The notes beneath the pieces were generated by a model. That model was not told where the DNA came from. It saw only the letters and a list, made by a program, of their open reading frames with translations, and made no database searches. The translations under genes and the position numbers were made by a program. A stretch of DNA of 64,000 bases from an uncultured Actinomycetota bacterium (lineage in GTDB: Bacteria; Actinomycetota; Actinomycetes; CAVWCF01), in assembly GCA_963753435.1 (NCBI GenBank), contig CAVWCF010000001.1, forward strand, positions 96,001 through 160,000, in the 5' to 3' direction. The first letter of the stretch is position 1. Every line of letters begins with the position of its first letter. Positions 10,174 to 20,200 of this stretch are shown here, piece by piece.

Positions 10174-10644
10174 TCAGACCGGCCGTCGGAAGGGGTCTCG
10201 GGCCGGGGGCGCGGGCATCGTGACTCGGGCGCCATCCAGCGGGATGCCGGTGAGGCCGAGCACGGCTTGTAGTACGTCCAGGGTTGATTGACCGGCGGCG
10301 ACGCCGGCGTCGGTGACCATTGCGCGGTAGATGGTCACGTAGTGCTTAACGGGGGTGTCGTAGGACCAGTCGACGCTGCCCAGGTGTTGGGCGCTGCCAT
10401 GACTGCCGTTTGGGCCGTCGAAGGGCTTGTCCCAGACCTGGATACCGGCCGGACCGGCTGCGAAGCGTCCGCCACGGCCGACGTCGTGCAGTGCGGCGGC
10501 CTCCAGCAGCGCCCGACTCTCACGCTCGGCGAGAACCAGGGCCGGGCGTACGTGGCTGGAGAGGGCGGGCACGGCCACGGCGTAGGGCTTCAGCCGCAGC
10601 CCGGCCGTGCTGGCACCGCCCAAGGGGACCGTGCTGAGCGACAT
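10174..10644 (-). CDS. Hypothetical protein (156 aa), no family recognised
   Basis: GGAGG RBS 5 nt before ATG 10644; fills the gap between terminator and ileS; globular-looking sequence (GSVDWSYDTPVKHYVTIYRAMVT). Confidence 0.8.
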   Translation of the reverse strand: MSLSTVPLGGASTAGLRLKPYAVAVPALSSHVRPALVLAERESRALLEAAALHDVGRGGRFAAGPAGIQVWDKPFDGPNGSHGSAQHLGSVDWSYDTPVKHYVTIYRAMVTDAGVAAGQSTLDVLQAVLGLTGIPLDGARVTMPAPPARDPFRRPV

Positions 10645-10681
10645 GAGCACCTCCGGGCGTCCATTCAGTCCGACGGATGCC

Positions 10682-10709
10682 TTATCGGCCTGCCTCAGCC
10701 CGGTCTTTA
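10682..10709 (-). promoter_or_regulatory. Sigma-28 (WhiG/FliA)-type promoter
   Basis: Minus strand reads TAAA-gaccgggctgaggcag(16 nt)-GCCGATAA, 37 nt upstream of ATG 10644; the TAAA includes the ileS stop codon. Confidence 0.7.
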
Positions 10710-13700
10710 CCCTTCCGTGATTATTAGTTGAACTCGCAGCTCGTCCGCCTCGTGCCGGGTGACGTCATCGGGACCGTCGCCTTCGACGAAGCGCACCGCC
10801 AACGTCTCCGCGGCGACGGTGCCGGCATGCTCGCGCAGCGCCTCGGCCATTTCGCCTTCGGCGGCCCACCAGAGGTTGATCCGATCGGTGATCTCTAGGC
10901 CGCTGGCCTTGCGCGCCTCCTGGATCACGCGAACCGCGTCGCGGGCCAGGCCCAGTCGGCGCAACGGCGCATCGATCGCCAGGTCAAGGGCAACCGATAC
11001 CCCGGCCTCCGAAGCCACTGTCCAGCCGGATCTGGGGGTCTCGGTGACGAGCACCTCATCGGGCGTGATTGCGACTGCTTCCCCGTCGACGAGGACTTCG
11101 GCGGTTCCGGCCGCCAGTTGGGCCACCAGTTGCGTCGGATCGGCGGCGGCCACGGCGGCGGCCACCGTCGGGGTCCGCGGCCCGAACCGCTTGCCCAGCG
11201 CCCGGAAGTTCGCCTTCACCGCGTGGTCGACCAGTTCGTCGGCGCCCGCCAGCGATTCGACGGCGATGACGTTCAGTTCGTCAGCGACTTCGGTGCGTAA
11301 TTCGTCCGGCAGGTCGGTCCAACCGGTGGCGGCGACCAGAGCACGGGGCAAGGGTTGGCGGGTCTTGACTCCGGACTCCGCTCGTGCGGCCCGGCCCAGT
11401 TCCACCACGCGGCGGACCAGTGCCATCTGCCGGCGCAACTGCTCGTCGTCGGCCCCGGCCTGCCCCTGCGGCCACGCGGCCAGATGAACCGAATCAGGCG
11501 CGCTCGGATGCGTTGGGCGCACCAGGTCCTGCCACAGGCGCTCGGCCAGGAACGGCGTGATCGGCGCCATGATCGCCGCCACATCAGCCAGGCACTCGTG
11601 CAGCGTGGCCAACGCCGCGCTGTCGCCATCCCAGAACCGTCGGCGGCTTCGGCGTACGTACCAGTTGGACAGGTCATCCACGAATGCGGCGATCGTGCGG
11701 CCCGCGCGCTGGGTGTCGAAGTCGGCCAGCGCGGCATCCACCTCGCGGACCACGCGCGCCCGCTCGGCCAAGGCCCAGCGGTCCAGCAACGGGCGATCGG
11801 CCGGTGCCGGGATCTGGGCAGTGTCGGGGGACCAACCAGCCGCGCGGGCGTAAAGAGACTGGAACGAGGCGGTGTTCCAGACTGTCAGCAGCGTCTTTCG
11901 CACGACGTCGGCGATCGCCGCATGTCCGACGCGCCGGGACTGCCAGGGCGAGCCGCTGCAGGCCATGAACCACCGGACGGCGTCGGCACCGTGCTCATCC
12001 ATCAGCGAGATCGGTTCCAGGACGTTGCCCAGGTGCTTGCTCATCTTGCGACCGGTCTCGTCCAGGATGTGCCCCAGGCAGAGCACGTTGCGGTACGACG
12101 ACTGTCCGAAGACCAACGTCCCCACCGCCATCAGCGTGTAGAACCAGCCGCGGGTCTGGTCGATCGCCTCGCAGATGAAGTCAGCCGGGTACTGGTCGTT
12201 GAACTCGGCGTCCCCGGTGTGCGGGTAGCCCCACTGGGCGAAAGGCATCGCGCCGGAGTCGTACCAGCAGTCCAGCACCTGCGGCACACGACGCGCTTGC
12301 GCGTCGCAGCGGTCGCAGTCGATCAGCACGTCGTCGACGAACGGCCGGTGCGGGTCCAGGTCGGTCACGTCGCGGCCGGCGCGTTCGGACAACTCCGCGA
12401 GCGAGCCGATGCACTGCAGGTGCTCCGGGTCCTCCTCGCAGCGCCAGATCGGCAGCGGCGTTCCCCAGTAGCGGTCCCGCGACAGGGCCCAGTCGACGTT
12501 GTTGTTCAGCCAGTCGCCGAAGCGGCCGTTCTTGATGGTCTCCGGGTACCAGTTCGTGGACTGGTTCTCGGCCAGCAGCGCTTCCTTGATGGCCGTCGTC
12601 CGGATGTACCAGGCCGGCTGCGCGTAGTTGATCAGGGGAGTGTGGCAGCGCCAGCAGTGCGGGTACGAGTGCTCGTAGGGCAAGTGCCGCTGCAACAGCC
12701 CGCGCGCCTGCAGATCGGCCACCAGCGCCTCGTCCGCCTTGCGGAAGAACTCCCCGCCAACCAGGGGAACGTCCGACGCGAAGCGGCCCTCGGCGGTCAC
12801 CGGGTTGACGACGGGCAGGTCGTACTGGCGGCCGACGGCCATGTCCTCGGCACCGAAGGCCGGCGCCAAGTGAACGAGACCAGAACCGTCCTCGGTCGTC
12901 ACGTAGTCGGCCATGACGACGGTGTGCACGTGCGCACCCTCGGGGATTTCGATCAACTCGAAGGGACGGGTGTAGCCGGTGCCGGCCAAGTCCTGCCCGC
13001 TCAGCCGCTGCAGGATCTCGGCATCCTCACCCAGCGTGGCCGTCAGTAGCGGTTCGGCCACGACGAGTACCTCGCCCTCGCTCCGCGCAACCACGTACGA
13101 CACATCAGGGTGTGCGGCCACCGCCGTGTTGGAGACCAGGGTCCACGGAGTGGTGGTCCACACGAGCAACTGCGCGTCCGGGTATTGCTCGACCAGCGGT
13201 CCGCTGCTGATGGGGAACCGGACGTAAACCGACGGGTCGGTGACGGTCTCGTAGCCCTGGGCAATTTCGTGATCGCTGAGGCCAGTTCCGCAGCGCGGGC
13301 AATAGGGCGTTACCCGGTAGTCGATTACCAGCAGGCCACGGTCGAAGATCTGCTTGAGCGACCACCAAACCGCCTGCACGTAGTCGGAGTCCATCGTCCA
13401 GTACGCCGTGGACATGTCGACCCAGTAGCCCATGCGGCGGGTCATCGCCTCGAACTCGCCGACATGCCGCAACACGGACTCGCGGCAGCGGTCGTTGAAC
13501 TCGGCGACGCCGTAGGCCTCGATGTCCTGTTTGCCGGAGAACCCCAGCTCGTTCTCCACTGCCAATTCGACCGGCAGCCCGTGGCAGTCCCAGCCCGCTT
13601 TGCGCGGTACGTGGTAGCCCTTCATCGTCCGATACCGGGGGAAGACGTCCTTGAAGACCCTGGCTTCGACGTGATGGGTTCCCGGCAGCCCGTTCGCTGT

Positions 13701-13844
13701 GGGCGGCCCCTCGTAGAAGACCCAAAGTGGGCGGCCGTCGGACTCCTGCAGCGATGACTCAAAGGTCCGGTGCGACTCCCAGAAGGAGAGGATCTCCCGC
13801 TCCATGGCGGGCAGATCGATCTGGGCGGGGATCGAGCGGTACAT
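10707..13844 (-). CDS. ileS: Isoleucine--tRNA ligase, type 2-like, with GTHH signature
   Basis: YEGPPTANG, GWDCHGLP, WTTTPWTL, DQTRGWFY and KMSKH motifs; start at MYRSIP with GGAG RBS at 13850-13853. Confidence 0.97.
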   Translation of the reverse strand: MYRSIPAQIDLPAMEREILSFWESHRTFESSLQESDGRPLWVFYEGPPTANGLPGTHHVEARVFKDVFPRYRTMKGYHVPRKAGWDCHGLPVELAVENELGFSGKQDIEAYGVAEFNDRCRESVLRHVGEFEAMTRRMGYWVDMSTAYWTMDSDYVQAVWWSLKQIFDRGLLVIDYRVTPYCPRCGTGLSDHEIAQGYETVTDPSVYVRFPISSGPLVEQYPDAQLLVWTTTPWTLVSNTAVAAHPDVSYVVARSEGEVLVVAEPLLTATLGEDAEILQRLSGQDLAGTGYTRPFELIEIPEGAHVHTVVMADYVTTEDGSGLVHLAPAFGAEDMAVGRQYDLPVVNPVTAEGRFASDVPLVGGEFFRKADEALVADLQARGLLQRHLPYEHSYPHCWRCHTPLINYAQPAWYIRTTAIKEALLAENQSTNWYPETIKNGRFGDWLNNNVDWALSRDRYWGTPLPIWRCEEDPEHLQCIGSLAELSERAGRDVTDLDPHRPFVDDVLIDCDRCDAQARRVPQVLDCWYDSGAMPFAQWGYPHTGDAEFNDQYPADFICEAIDQTRGWFYTLMAVGTLVFGQSSYRNVLCLGHILDETGRKMSKHLGNVLEPISLMDEHGADAVRWFMACSGSPWQSRRVGHAAIADVVRKTLLTVWNTASFQSLYARAAGWSPDTAQIPAPADRPLLDRWALAERARVVREVDAALADFDTQRAGRTIAAFVDDLSNWYVRRSRRRFWDGDSAALATLHECLADVAAIMAPITPFLAERLWQDLVRPTHPSAPDSVHLAAWPQGQAGADDEQLRRQMALVRRVVELGRAARAESGVKTRQPLPRALVAATGWTDLPDELRTEVADELNVIAVESLAGADELVDHAVKANFRALGKRFGPRTPTVAAAVAAADPTQLVAQLAAGTAEVLVDGEAVAITPDEVLVTETPRSGWTVASEAGVSVALDLAIDAPLRRLGLARDAVRVIQEARKASGLEITDRINLWWAAEGEMAEALREHAGTVAAETLAVRFVEGDGPDDVTRHEADELRVQLIITEG

Positions 13845-13847
13845 CGA

Positions 13848-14098
13848 CACTCCGGGAGCCGTCGCTACTGGAGGGACGAAACCGCCCGGTGGGTCGGCCC
13901 CGCGGTACCACCCTCCTTGGCGCGACAAGGCGCCCGCTCGAGGTGCCTGCTGCCGGCTCTACTTGGCCGCCGGCGGCAGGCCGGTGGGCCGTTCTTCCGG
14001 CGACTCGGGGGTGATTTTCGCGGCAGCCATTGCCCCGGACTCACACCGTCTCCGGGTCGCTGATGCCTGGGTCTGCCGCTACTGGCCCCGTCCACGCC
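13848..14098 (-). ncRNA. ileS T-box riboswitch (translational, full-length Stem I, Ile specifier AUC)
   Basis: Minus strand has AGCGA (14057-14061), GGTGTGA (14041-14047), specifier GAAAATC (ATC 14013-14015), T-box AGGGTGGTACCGCG (13901-13914) pairing with CGTCCCTCC (13870-13878); no U-tract terminator. Confidence 0.92.
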
Positions 14099-14136
14099 TT
14101 GCAGGACGCGCACAGTCTAAGCGGCACAATCGCTGC

Positions 14137-14418
14137 GTGACCGATTGGCGGGGCAGGATCCGGGCCCGACCGGGCGCCTCCCGCACATTTGTCGGAGGTT
14201 CCTATGGGCCAGAGGAGCGTCTCGTCGTAGCCGTGCACGCTCCGGCGGTGGATGGCCGGGCAAACAGCGCGGTCTTGGCGGCGTTGGCGGAGGCGCTTGG
14301 GGTCCGCGGGCGGCAGTTGAGCGTGGTCTCGGGTGCGACTGGCCGGAACAAGACGATTCAGGTCCAGGCGCCACCGCCGGACATAGACGCCCGTTGGCAG
14401 GCCCTCCTGAGCAGGTGA
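14137..14418 (+). CDS. DUF167/YggU family protein
   Basis: RARPGASRT, APAVDGRANSA and SGATGRNK motifs; CACAAT -10 box 6 nt upstream of GTG. Confidence 0.88.
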   Translation: MTDWRGRIRARPGASRTFVGGSYGPEERLVVAVHAPAVDGRANSAVLAALAEALGVRGRQLSVVSGATGRNKTIQVQAPPPDIDARWQALLSR

Positions 14419-14435
14419 ACAACCGGTGCGCCTCG

Positions 14436-14464
14436 TTGCCGTGCCCAGGGCGCGGGCCTATTGT
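14436..14464 (+). promoter_or_regulatory. Housekeeping-sigma-type promoter for the ddbA-like/lspA/RluA/GNAT unit
   Basis: TTGCCG-17 nt-TATTGT upstream of AGGAAGG RBS and ATG 14502. Confidence 0.55.
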
Positions 14465-14501
14465 CGCGTGACCGCGCTGGATGATCATGTGAGGAAGGTC
14501 C

Positions 14502-15192
14502 ATGGCAGCCACGAAGAAGCGCCCCGCCGCCGGCGGCGCCAAGAAGGCTGCCAAGAAGGCCCCGGCGAAGAAGGCTCCGGCGAAGAAGACCGCCGCGAAG
14601 AAGGCGGTCGCAAGAAGGCCCCGCGAAGAAGGCCCCCGCGAAGAAGGCGGTCGCGAAGAAGGCCCCCGCGAAGAAGGCCCCCGCGAAGAAGGCCCCCGCC
14701 AAGAAGGCCCCGGCGAAGAAGGCCCCCGCGAAGAAGGCGGTCGCGAAGAAGGCCCCCGCTAAGAAGGCGGTCGCGAAGAAGGCCCCCGCGAAGAAGGCCC
14801 CCGCGAAGGCTTCGCAGCCGAAGGCACGGCCGTGGAGCAAGAAGGACCTCGCCGACGCGCGCGCCGCCTTGCTGGCCGATGTCGCCGAGTTGCGTGAGCA
14901 GATGACCGCCAGCCAGGAAGACCTCGCCGACCTCATCGCCGATTCCGTTGATGCCGCAGGTGATGACCAGGCCGATGCGGGGACCAAGACGTTGGAGCGG
15001 GAGCAGGAGATGGCGCTGGGCGCCAATGTCCGATTGCTCCTGGAGCAGTCGTACCGCGCGCTGCGCCGCATCGACGACGGCACCTACGGAACCTGCACGT
15101 CGTGCGGTCGGGCGATCCCCAAGGGCCGCTTGAAGGCGTTGCCGCACGCAACCTTGTGCCTTGAGTGCAAGCAGCGCGAGGAGCGGTACTGA
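14502..15192 (+). CDS. Histone H1-like (AKKAP repeat) N-terminus fused to TraR/DksA C4 zinc finger, like Streptomyces DdbA; frameshifted in the repeat
   Basis: MAATKKRP...AKKAPAKKAP repeats; C-terminal DDQADAG tip and CTSC...CLEC; one repeat unit (14610-14622) is 13 nt rather than 15. Confidence 0.88.
14538..14811 (+). repeat. About 18 tandem 15-bp units GCGAAGAAGGC(CCCC/GGTC) encoding AKKAP/AKKAV
   Basis: Tandem array read directly from the sequence. Confidence 0.95.
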
Positions 15193-15704
15193 CCACTGCT
15201 AGTGAGCGCAGGCGGTTGCAGGTAATCCTTGGTGTCACCGCGGCCTTGGTCATCGTCCTGGATCAGATCTCAAAGGCCGTGGTGGTCGCGGTCATGCCCG
15301 AACGTGCACCGATTGAGATCCTGGGTGGCCTGATCACCATCACCTACGTGCGCAACCCAGGTGCCTCGTTCTCGATAGGCAGCGGTTTGACGGTCCTGTT
15401 TACCGTGATTGCCGTCGCGGTCGCGGTCGTGATCGTGCGGTCCTCCCGGCGGCTGGGTTCGCTGGGCTGGGCGCTGGCTCTCGGTGGGCTGTTGGGCGGC
15501 GCGGTGGGCAACCTGCTGGACCGCCTCACCCGATCCCCGGGTGTGGCCCGCGGCGAGGTGATCGACTGGATCGACTTGATCTACTTCCCACCGGTGTTCA
15601 ATCTTGCCGATGTGGCAATCACTTTCAGCGCGGCCGGCTTGGTCGTGTTGTCTCTACGCGGGATAGGCATCGACGGCACCCGCGTCGCGGCCAAACCGTC
15701 ATGA
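15165..15704 (+). CDS. lspA: Lipoprotein signal peptidase II (true start possibly CTG 15189)
   Basis: [28 protein letters not shown] and FNLAD motifs. Confidence 0.95.
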   Translation: MQAARGAVLTTASERRRLQVILGVTAALVIVLDQISKAVVVAVMPERAPIEILGGLITITYVRNPGASFSIGSGLTVLFTVIAVAVAVVIVRSSRRLGSLGWALALGGLLGGAVGNLLDRLTRSPGVARGEVIDWIDLIYFPPVFNLADVAITFSAAGLVVLSLRGIGIDGTRVAAKPS

Positions 15705-16627
15705 GCGTGCGTCGCCTGCCGGTCCCGGATGGGCTAAATGGCGAACGGGTAGATGCGGGCCTGGCCAGGCTGCTGGGCTTGTCGCGGACCAAGGCGGCCG
15801 AACTCGCCGCCAACGGCCTCGTGGCAGTTGACGGCCAGCCTGTTGGCAAGTCCGACCCGCTGCCTGCCGGGGCATGGCTGGAAGTGGAGTTGCCGGAACC
15901 GGCAGTTGCTGCCGCCCCGCGGCCGGAACCGGTTGAGGGCCTGCGTGTTGTCTATGACGACGACGATCTGGTCGTGGTGGACAAGCCGATCGGCGTAGCT
16001 GCGCATCCGAGCCCGGGCTGGACCGGTCCGACGGTGGTTCAGGGCCTGGCCGCAGCCGGCTACCGCATCGCCACAGCCGGTGCGGCCGAACGACAGGGGA
16101 TCGTGCACCGACTTGATGTCGGAACCTCCGGCCTGATGGTCGTAGCGAAAACTGACCGGGCCTACTCGGCCTTGAAGCGCGCCTTCAAGGACCGGCGCGT
16201 GGACAAGACCTACCACGCACTCGTACAGGGGCATCCGGATCCGACGTCCGGAACGATCGACGCCCCGATCGGGCGGCACCCGCGATACGACTACCGCTTC
16301 GCCATCGTCGCGGGCGGCAAGCCGAGCATCACCCACTACGAGACTCTTGAGGCGTTTTGGGCCTGCACCCTGCTGGAGATCCACCTGGAGACTGGTCGCA
16401 CGCACCAAATCCGCGTGCACATGGCCGGGGTGCGGCATCCGTGCGTGGGAGATCAGACCTATGGTGCCGACCCGGTGCTGGCCGGCCGGTTGAGCCTGAC
16501 CAGGCAGTGGCTGCATGCGGTGGGCCTGGCTTTCGAGCACCCAGGGACCGGCGAGTTGCTGCAGGTTCGCAGCGACTACCCCGACGATCTGCAGCGCGCC
16601 CTCGACCTGGTTCGAGCCGAGTCGTGA
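15701..16627 (+). CDS. RluA/RluD family pseudouridine synthase
   Basis: S4-like N-terminus; [12 protein letters not shown] and [12 protein letters not shown] motifs. Confidence 0.95.
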   Translation: MSVRRLPVPDGLNGERVDAGLARLLGLSRTKAAELAANGLVAVDGQPVGKSDPLPAGAWLEVELPEPAVAAAPRPEPVEGLRVVYDDDDLVVVDKPIGVAAHPSPGWTGPTVVQGLAAAGYRIATAGAAERQGIVHRLDVGTSGLMVVAKTDRAYSALKRAFKDRRVDKTYHALVQGHPDPTSGTIDAPIGRHPRYDYRFAIVAGGKPSITHYETLEAFWACTLLEIHLETGRTHQIRVHMAGVRHPCVGDQTYGADPVLAGRLSLTRQWLHAVGLAFEHPGTGELLQVRSDYPDDLQRALDLVRAES

Positions 16628-17127
16628 GCCTGCGTCTGCGGGTCGTGGAGGCGCCGGCCGATCTCGCTGCGGCGCTGGCGATCCGGCATGAGGTCTTCGT
16701 CCGGGAGCAGTTGGTGCCCGTCGAGGAGGAACGGGATGCCGCTGATGACACCGCCATCCACGTTTTGGCCGTTCTTGGCGGCGTGCCGGTGGGTACCGGT
16801 CGGCTGGTGGTGGAGCCGCCCGACTACCTGAGCGCGTGGGGAGTGCCCGAGAGCGGTCCGCTTGGGCATCTGGGCCGGATCGCCGTCCTGCCGGCCCAGC
16901 GGGGGACCGGCGTGGGGGCGGCATTGGTCGTGGCTTTGGAGGGGCTGGCCCGCGGCGAGGGCTTGACGACCACCGTCCTGTCGGCCCAGGTGTCGGCTTT
17001 GGCCTTCTACGAGCGCCTCGGCTACACGGTGGTGTCCGGCGTCTTCGACGACGCGGGGATCCCACATAGGTGGATGCTGCGGGCCGTTTCGGCGTGGCCG
17101 GAGGAGGCACCCGGCGCGGGGACCTAG
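16624..17127 (+). CDS. GNAT family N-acetyltransferase (ElaA/YjcF-like)
   Basis: [26 protein letters not shown] and DAGIPHRWM motifs; GTGA overlap. Confidence 0.9.
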   Translation: MSLRLRVVEAPADLAAALAIRHEVFVREQLVPVEEERDAADDTAIHVLAVLGGVPVGTGRLVVEPPDYLSAWGVPESGPLGHLGRIAVLPAQRGTGVGAALVVALEGLARGEGLTTTVLSAQVSALAFYERLGYTVVSGVFDDAGIPHRWMLRAVSAWPEEAPGAGT

Positions 17128-17208
17128 ACTCGACCAACCGGTCGGCAGACCGGTGCGGCCGCCTTCCCCGGGCACACGTCCGGTCGCATTCATCTGGAGG
17201 TTCGCCGC

Positions 17209-20200
17209 GTGGCCGACTCGTTCGTGCATCTGCACGTGCACACCGAGTACTCCATGCTCGACGGCGCCGCTCGCGTGTCCGACCTGTTCGCCGAGGCCGC
17301 GGCGCAGGGCATGCCCGCGTTGGCCATGACCGACCACGGCAACCTGTTCGGTGCGTACGAGTTCTTCCAGGCGGGCAAAGCGGCCGGGGTCAAGCCGATC
17401 ATCGGCATGGAGGGCTACTACGTCCCCCTCGGCAGCCGACATGACCGGGAGCCGTTCTCCTTCGGCCAGGCGGTCAGCGCCGAGGTCGGTGATGAGGGCA
17501 CTCCGCGCGGCAAGTCGAACTACACCCACATCACGCTGCTGGCCGAATCCACGCAGGGCCTGCACAACCTGTTCCGCATCTCCAGCCTGGCCTACCTGGA
17601 GGGGTACTTCCGCAAGTACCCACGCCTGGACGCCGAGCTGCTGAGCACGCATGGGCAAGGAATCATTGCGACCACCGGATGCCCATCCGGTGAGGTCAAC
17701 CGGTGGCTGCAGGTCGGTCAGTACGACAAGGCGCGCGAGGCAGCAGCCAACCTTCGGGACGTACTCGGTCCGGACAACTACTTCTGCGAGTTGATGGACC
17801 ACGGCCTCGACATCGAGCGTCGCCACCGCGACGACCTGCTGCGGTTGGCGCGTGACCTCGGCTTGCCGCTGCTCGCGACGAACGATTTGCACTACACCCA
17901 CGCCACCGACGCCGAAGCACACGACGCGCTGCTTTGTGTGCAGACCGGCCGGATGATCGCCGACGAGAAGCGCTTCCGCTTCGACGCCAGGGACTTCTAT
18001 CTGAAGACAGCTGCGGAGATGCGCGCGGTTTGGGCCGATTTCCCCGAAGCGGTGGAAAACACCTTGCTGGTGGCCGAACGCTGCAGCGCGGAGTTCGGCC
18101 AGTCCCGCGACCTCATGCCCCGTTTCGATGTGCCGGCCGGCGAGTCGGAGGAGTCGTGGCTGGTGAAAGAGGTGGAGCGGGGCCTGCAGCGTCGCTTCCC
18201 TGAGGGCGTGCCCGACGAGCACCGGCGGCAGGCCGAGTACGAGGTCGGGGTCGTCTCCCAGATGGGCTACCCGGGGTACTTCCTGGTCGTTGCCGACCTG
18301 GTGCGGTACGCGCACGAGCAGGGCATCCGAGTCGGCCCCGGGCGTGGATCGGCGGCGGGCTCCCTGATCGCGTACGCCTTGGGCATCACCGAACTCGATC
18401 CGTTGGCGCACCGACTCTTGTTCGAGCGGTTCCTGAACCCGGAGCGAGTGTCGATGCCCGACATCGACATCGACTTCGACGAGCGCCGTCGTGCGGAGAT
18501 GATCAAGTACGCCACCGACAAGTACGGCGAGGACCGCGTCGCACAGATCGTCACCTACTCGACCATCAAGGCCAAGGCCGCAGTCCGCGACTCCGCCCGC
18601 GTGCTCGGGTACCCCTACGCCCTGGGCGATCGGCTCACAAAAGCCATGCCACCGGCGGTTATGGGCCGCGACATCTCCCTTCCCGGACTGTTCGACCCCA
18701 AGCACGAGCGGTACGGCGAGGGAGTGGAGTTCCGCACGCTTTACGAGACCGACCCGGACGCCAAGCGGGTGGTCGATACGGCCCGGGGCCTGGAAGGACT
18801 CAAGCGGCAAGCGGGTGTGCACGCCGCGGGCGTGATCCTCTCCGCCGAGCCGCTGATGGATGTCATCCCGATCATGCGGCACGCCGACGGCGGCATCATC
18901 ACGCAGTTGGACATGGGGGCATGCGAGTCCCTGGGTCTGCTCAAGATGGATTTCCTCGGCCTACGCAACCTCACGGTCCTGGAGGACTGCCTCGCGCATA
19001 TCCGCGCCAACCGTGGTGCGGAAGTGCTGCTGGAATCGTTGCCGTTGGAGGACCGGCCGACGTTCGAGTTGTTGTCCCGCGGGGACACCCTCGGTGTGTT
19101 CCAGTTGGACGGCGGACCGATGCGGCAGTTGCTGCGCTCCATGCAGCCGGACTCGTTCGAGGACATCTCCGCGGTGCTGGCGCTGTACCGCCCCGGACCC
19201 ATGGGTGCAAACGCGCACAACGACTACGCCGACCGCAAGAACAAGCGCAAGCAGGTGGAGCCGATTCATCCGGAGTTGGCGGAACCACTGGCCGACATCC
19301 TGGGGGAGACCTACGGGGTGATCGTCTACCAGGAGCAGGTCATGGCCATCGCCCAGGCCGTCGCCGGCTACTCCCTGGGACAGGCGGATCTGCTGCGCCG
19401 TGCCATGGGCAAGAAGAAGAAGGAGATCCTCGACAAGGAGTACGTGCCTTTCGCCGCCGGCATGAAGGAGCGCGGCTACTCCGACTCCGCGATCAAGCGG
19501 CTCTGGGACATCCTGGTCCCGTTCGCCGACTACGCGTTCAACCGAGCACACACAGCCGGGTACGGCCTGGTCTCCTACTGGACCGCCTACCTCAAGGCCA
19601 ACTACCCGGCCGAGTACATGGCCGCGCTGTTGACCAGCGTCAAGGAGAACAAGGACAAGGCGGCGGCATACCTGAACGAGTGCCGACGGATGAAGATCAC
19701 CGTGCTGCCGCCGGACGTCAACGAGTCCGACTCGGACTTCACGCCCCGTGGCAAGGACATCCGCTTCGGGTTGTCCGCGGTGCGCAACGTCGGCGAGGGC
19801 GTGGTCCAAGGAATCCTGGCCGCTCGCGGGACAGACGACCCGTTCACCGACTTCGCCGACTTCTTGGCGCGGGTGAACGCCTCCGTGTGCAACAAGAGGG
19901 TGGTTGAGTCGCTGATCCGCGCCGGAGCCTTCGACAGCCTCGGGCACACCCGGCAGGGGCTCATCACCGTGCATGCCGAGGCGGTGGACCTGGCCCTGTC
20001 CCTGAAGCGCAACGAGGCCGTGGGTCAGTTCGATCTGTTCAGCAGCGACGAGCCGGGTGAGCGCGAGGCCACAGACACGATCGCTATCCCTGAGGTGGAG
20101 TGGGACAAGGCCACGTTGCTGGCCGCGGAGCGGGAGATGCTCGGCCTGTACGTCTCCGATCACCCGCTGCTGGGGGTCGAGCATCTGCTTAAGCGAGCTG

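Noticed and set aside
11355-13049. Long antisense or alternative-frame ORFs (e.g. 11355-13049, 16576-18882, 18961-20592, 42252-43853, 44058-45836, 54039-55571)
   Set aside because: Shadow ORFs expected from high-GC codon bias opposite well-conserved genes; no recognisable motifs.
13845-13928. N-terminal extensions in the ORF track (ileS, ftsW, divIVA, trpA, gltB, rpoZ, VIT1)
   Set aside because: They run through riboswitch, intergenic or upstream-gene sequence; downstream starts have an RBS or stop-start overlap and match family N-termini.
14538-14811. Tandem repeat array as a possible CRISPR or non-coding repeat
   Set aside because: Units are contiguous 15-mers without unique spacers, encode AKKAP, and no cas genes are present.
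17137-17154. GNRA-capped hairpin (ACCGGTC-GGCA-GACCGGT) in the dnaE leader as a regulatory RNA
   Set aside because: A single 7-bp stem is common by chance in GC-rich DNA; no further structure supports a riboswitch.
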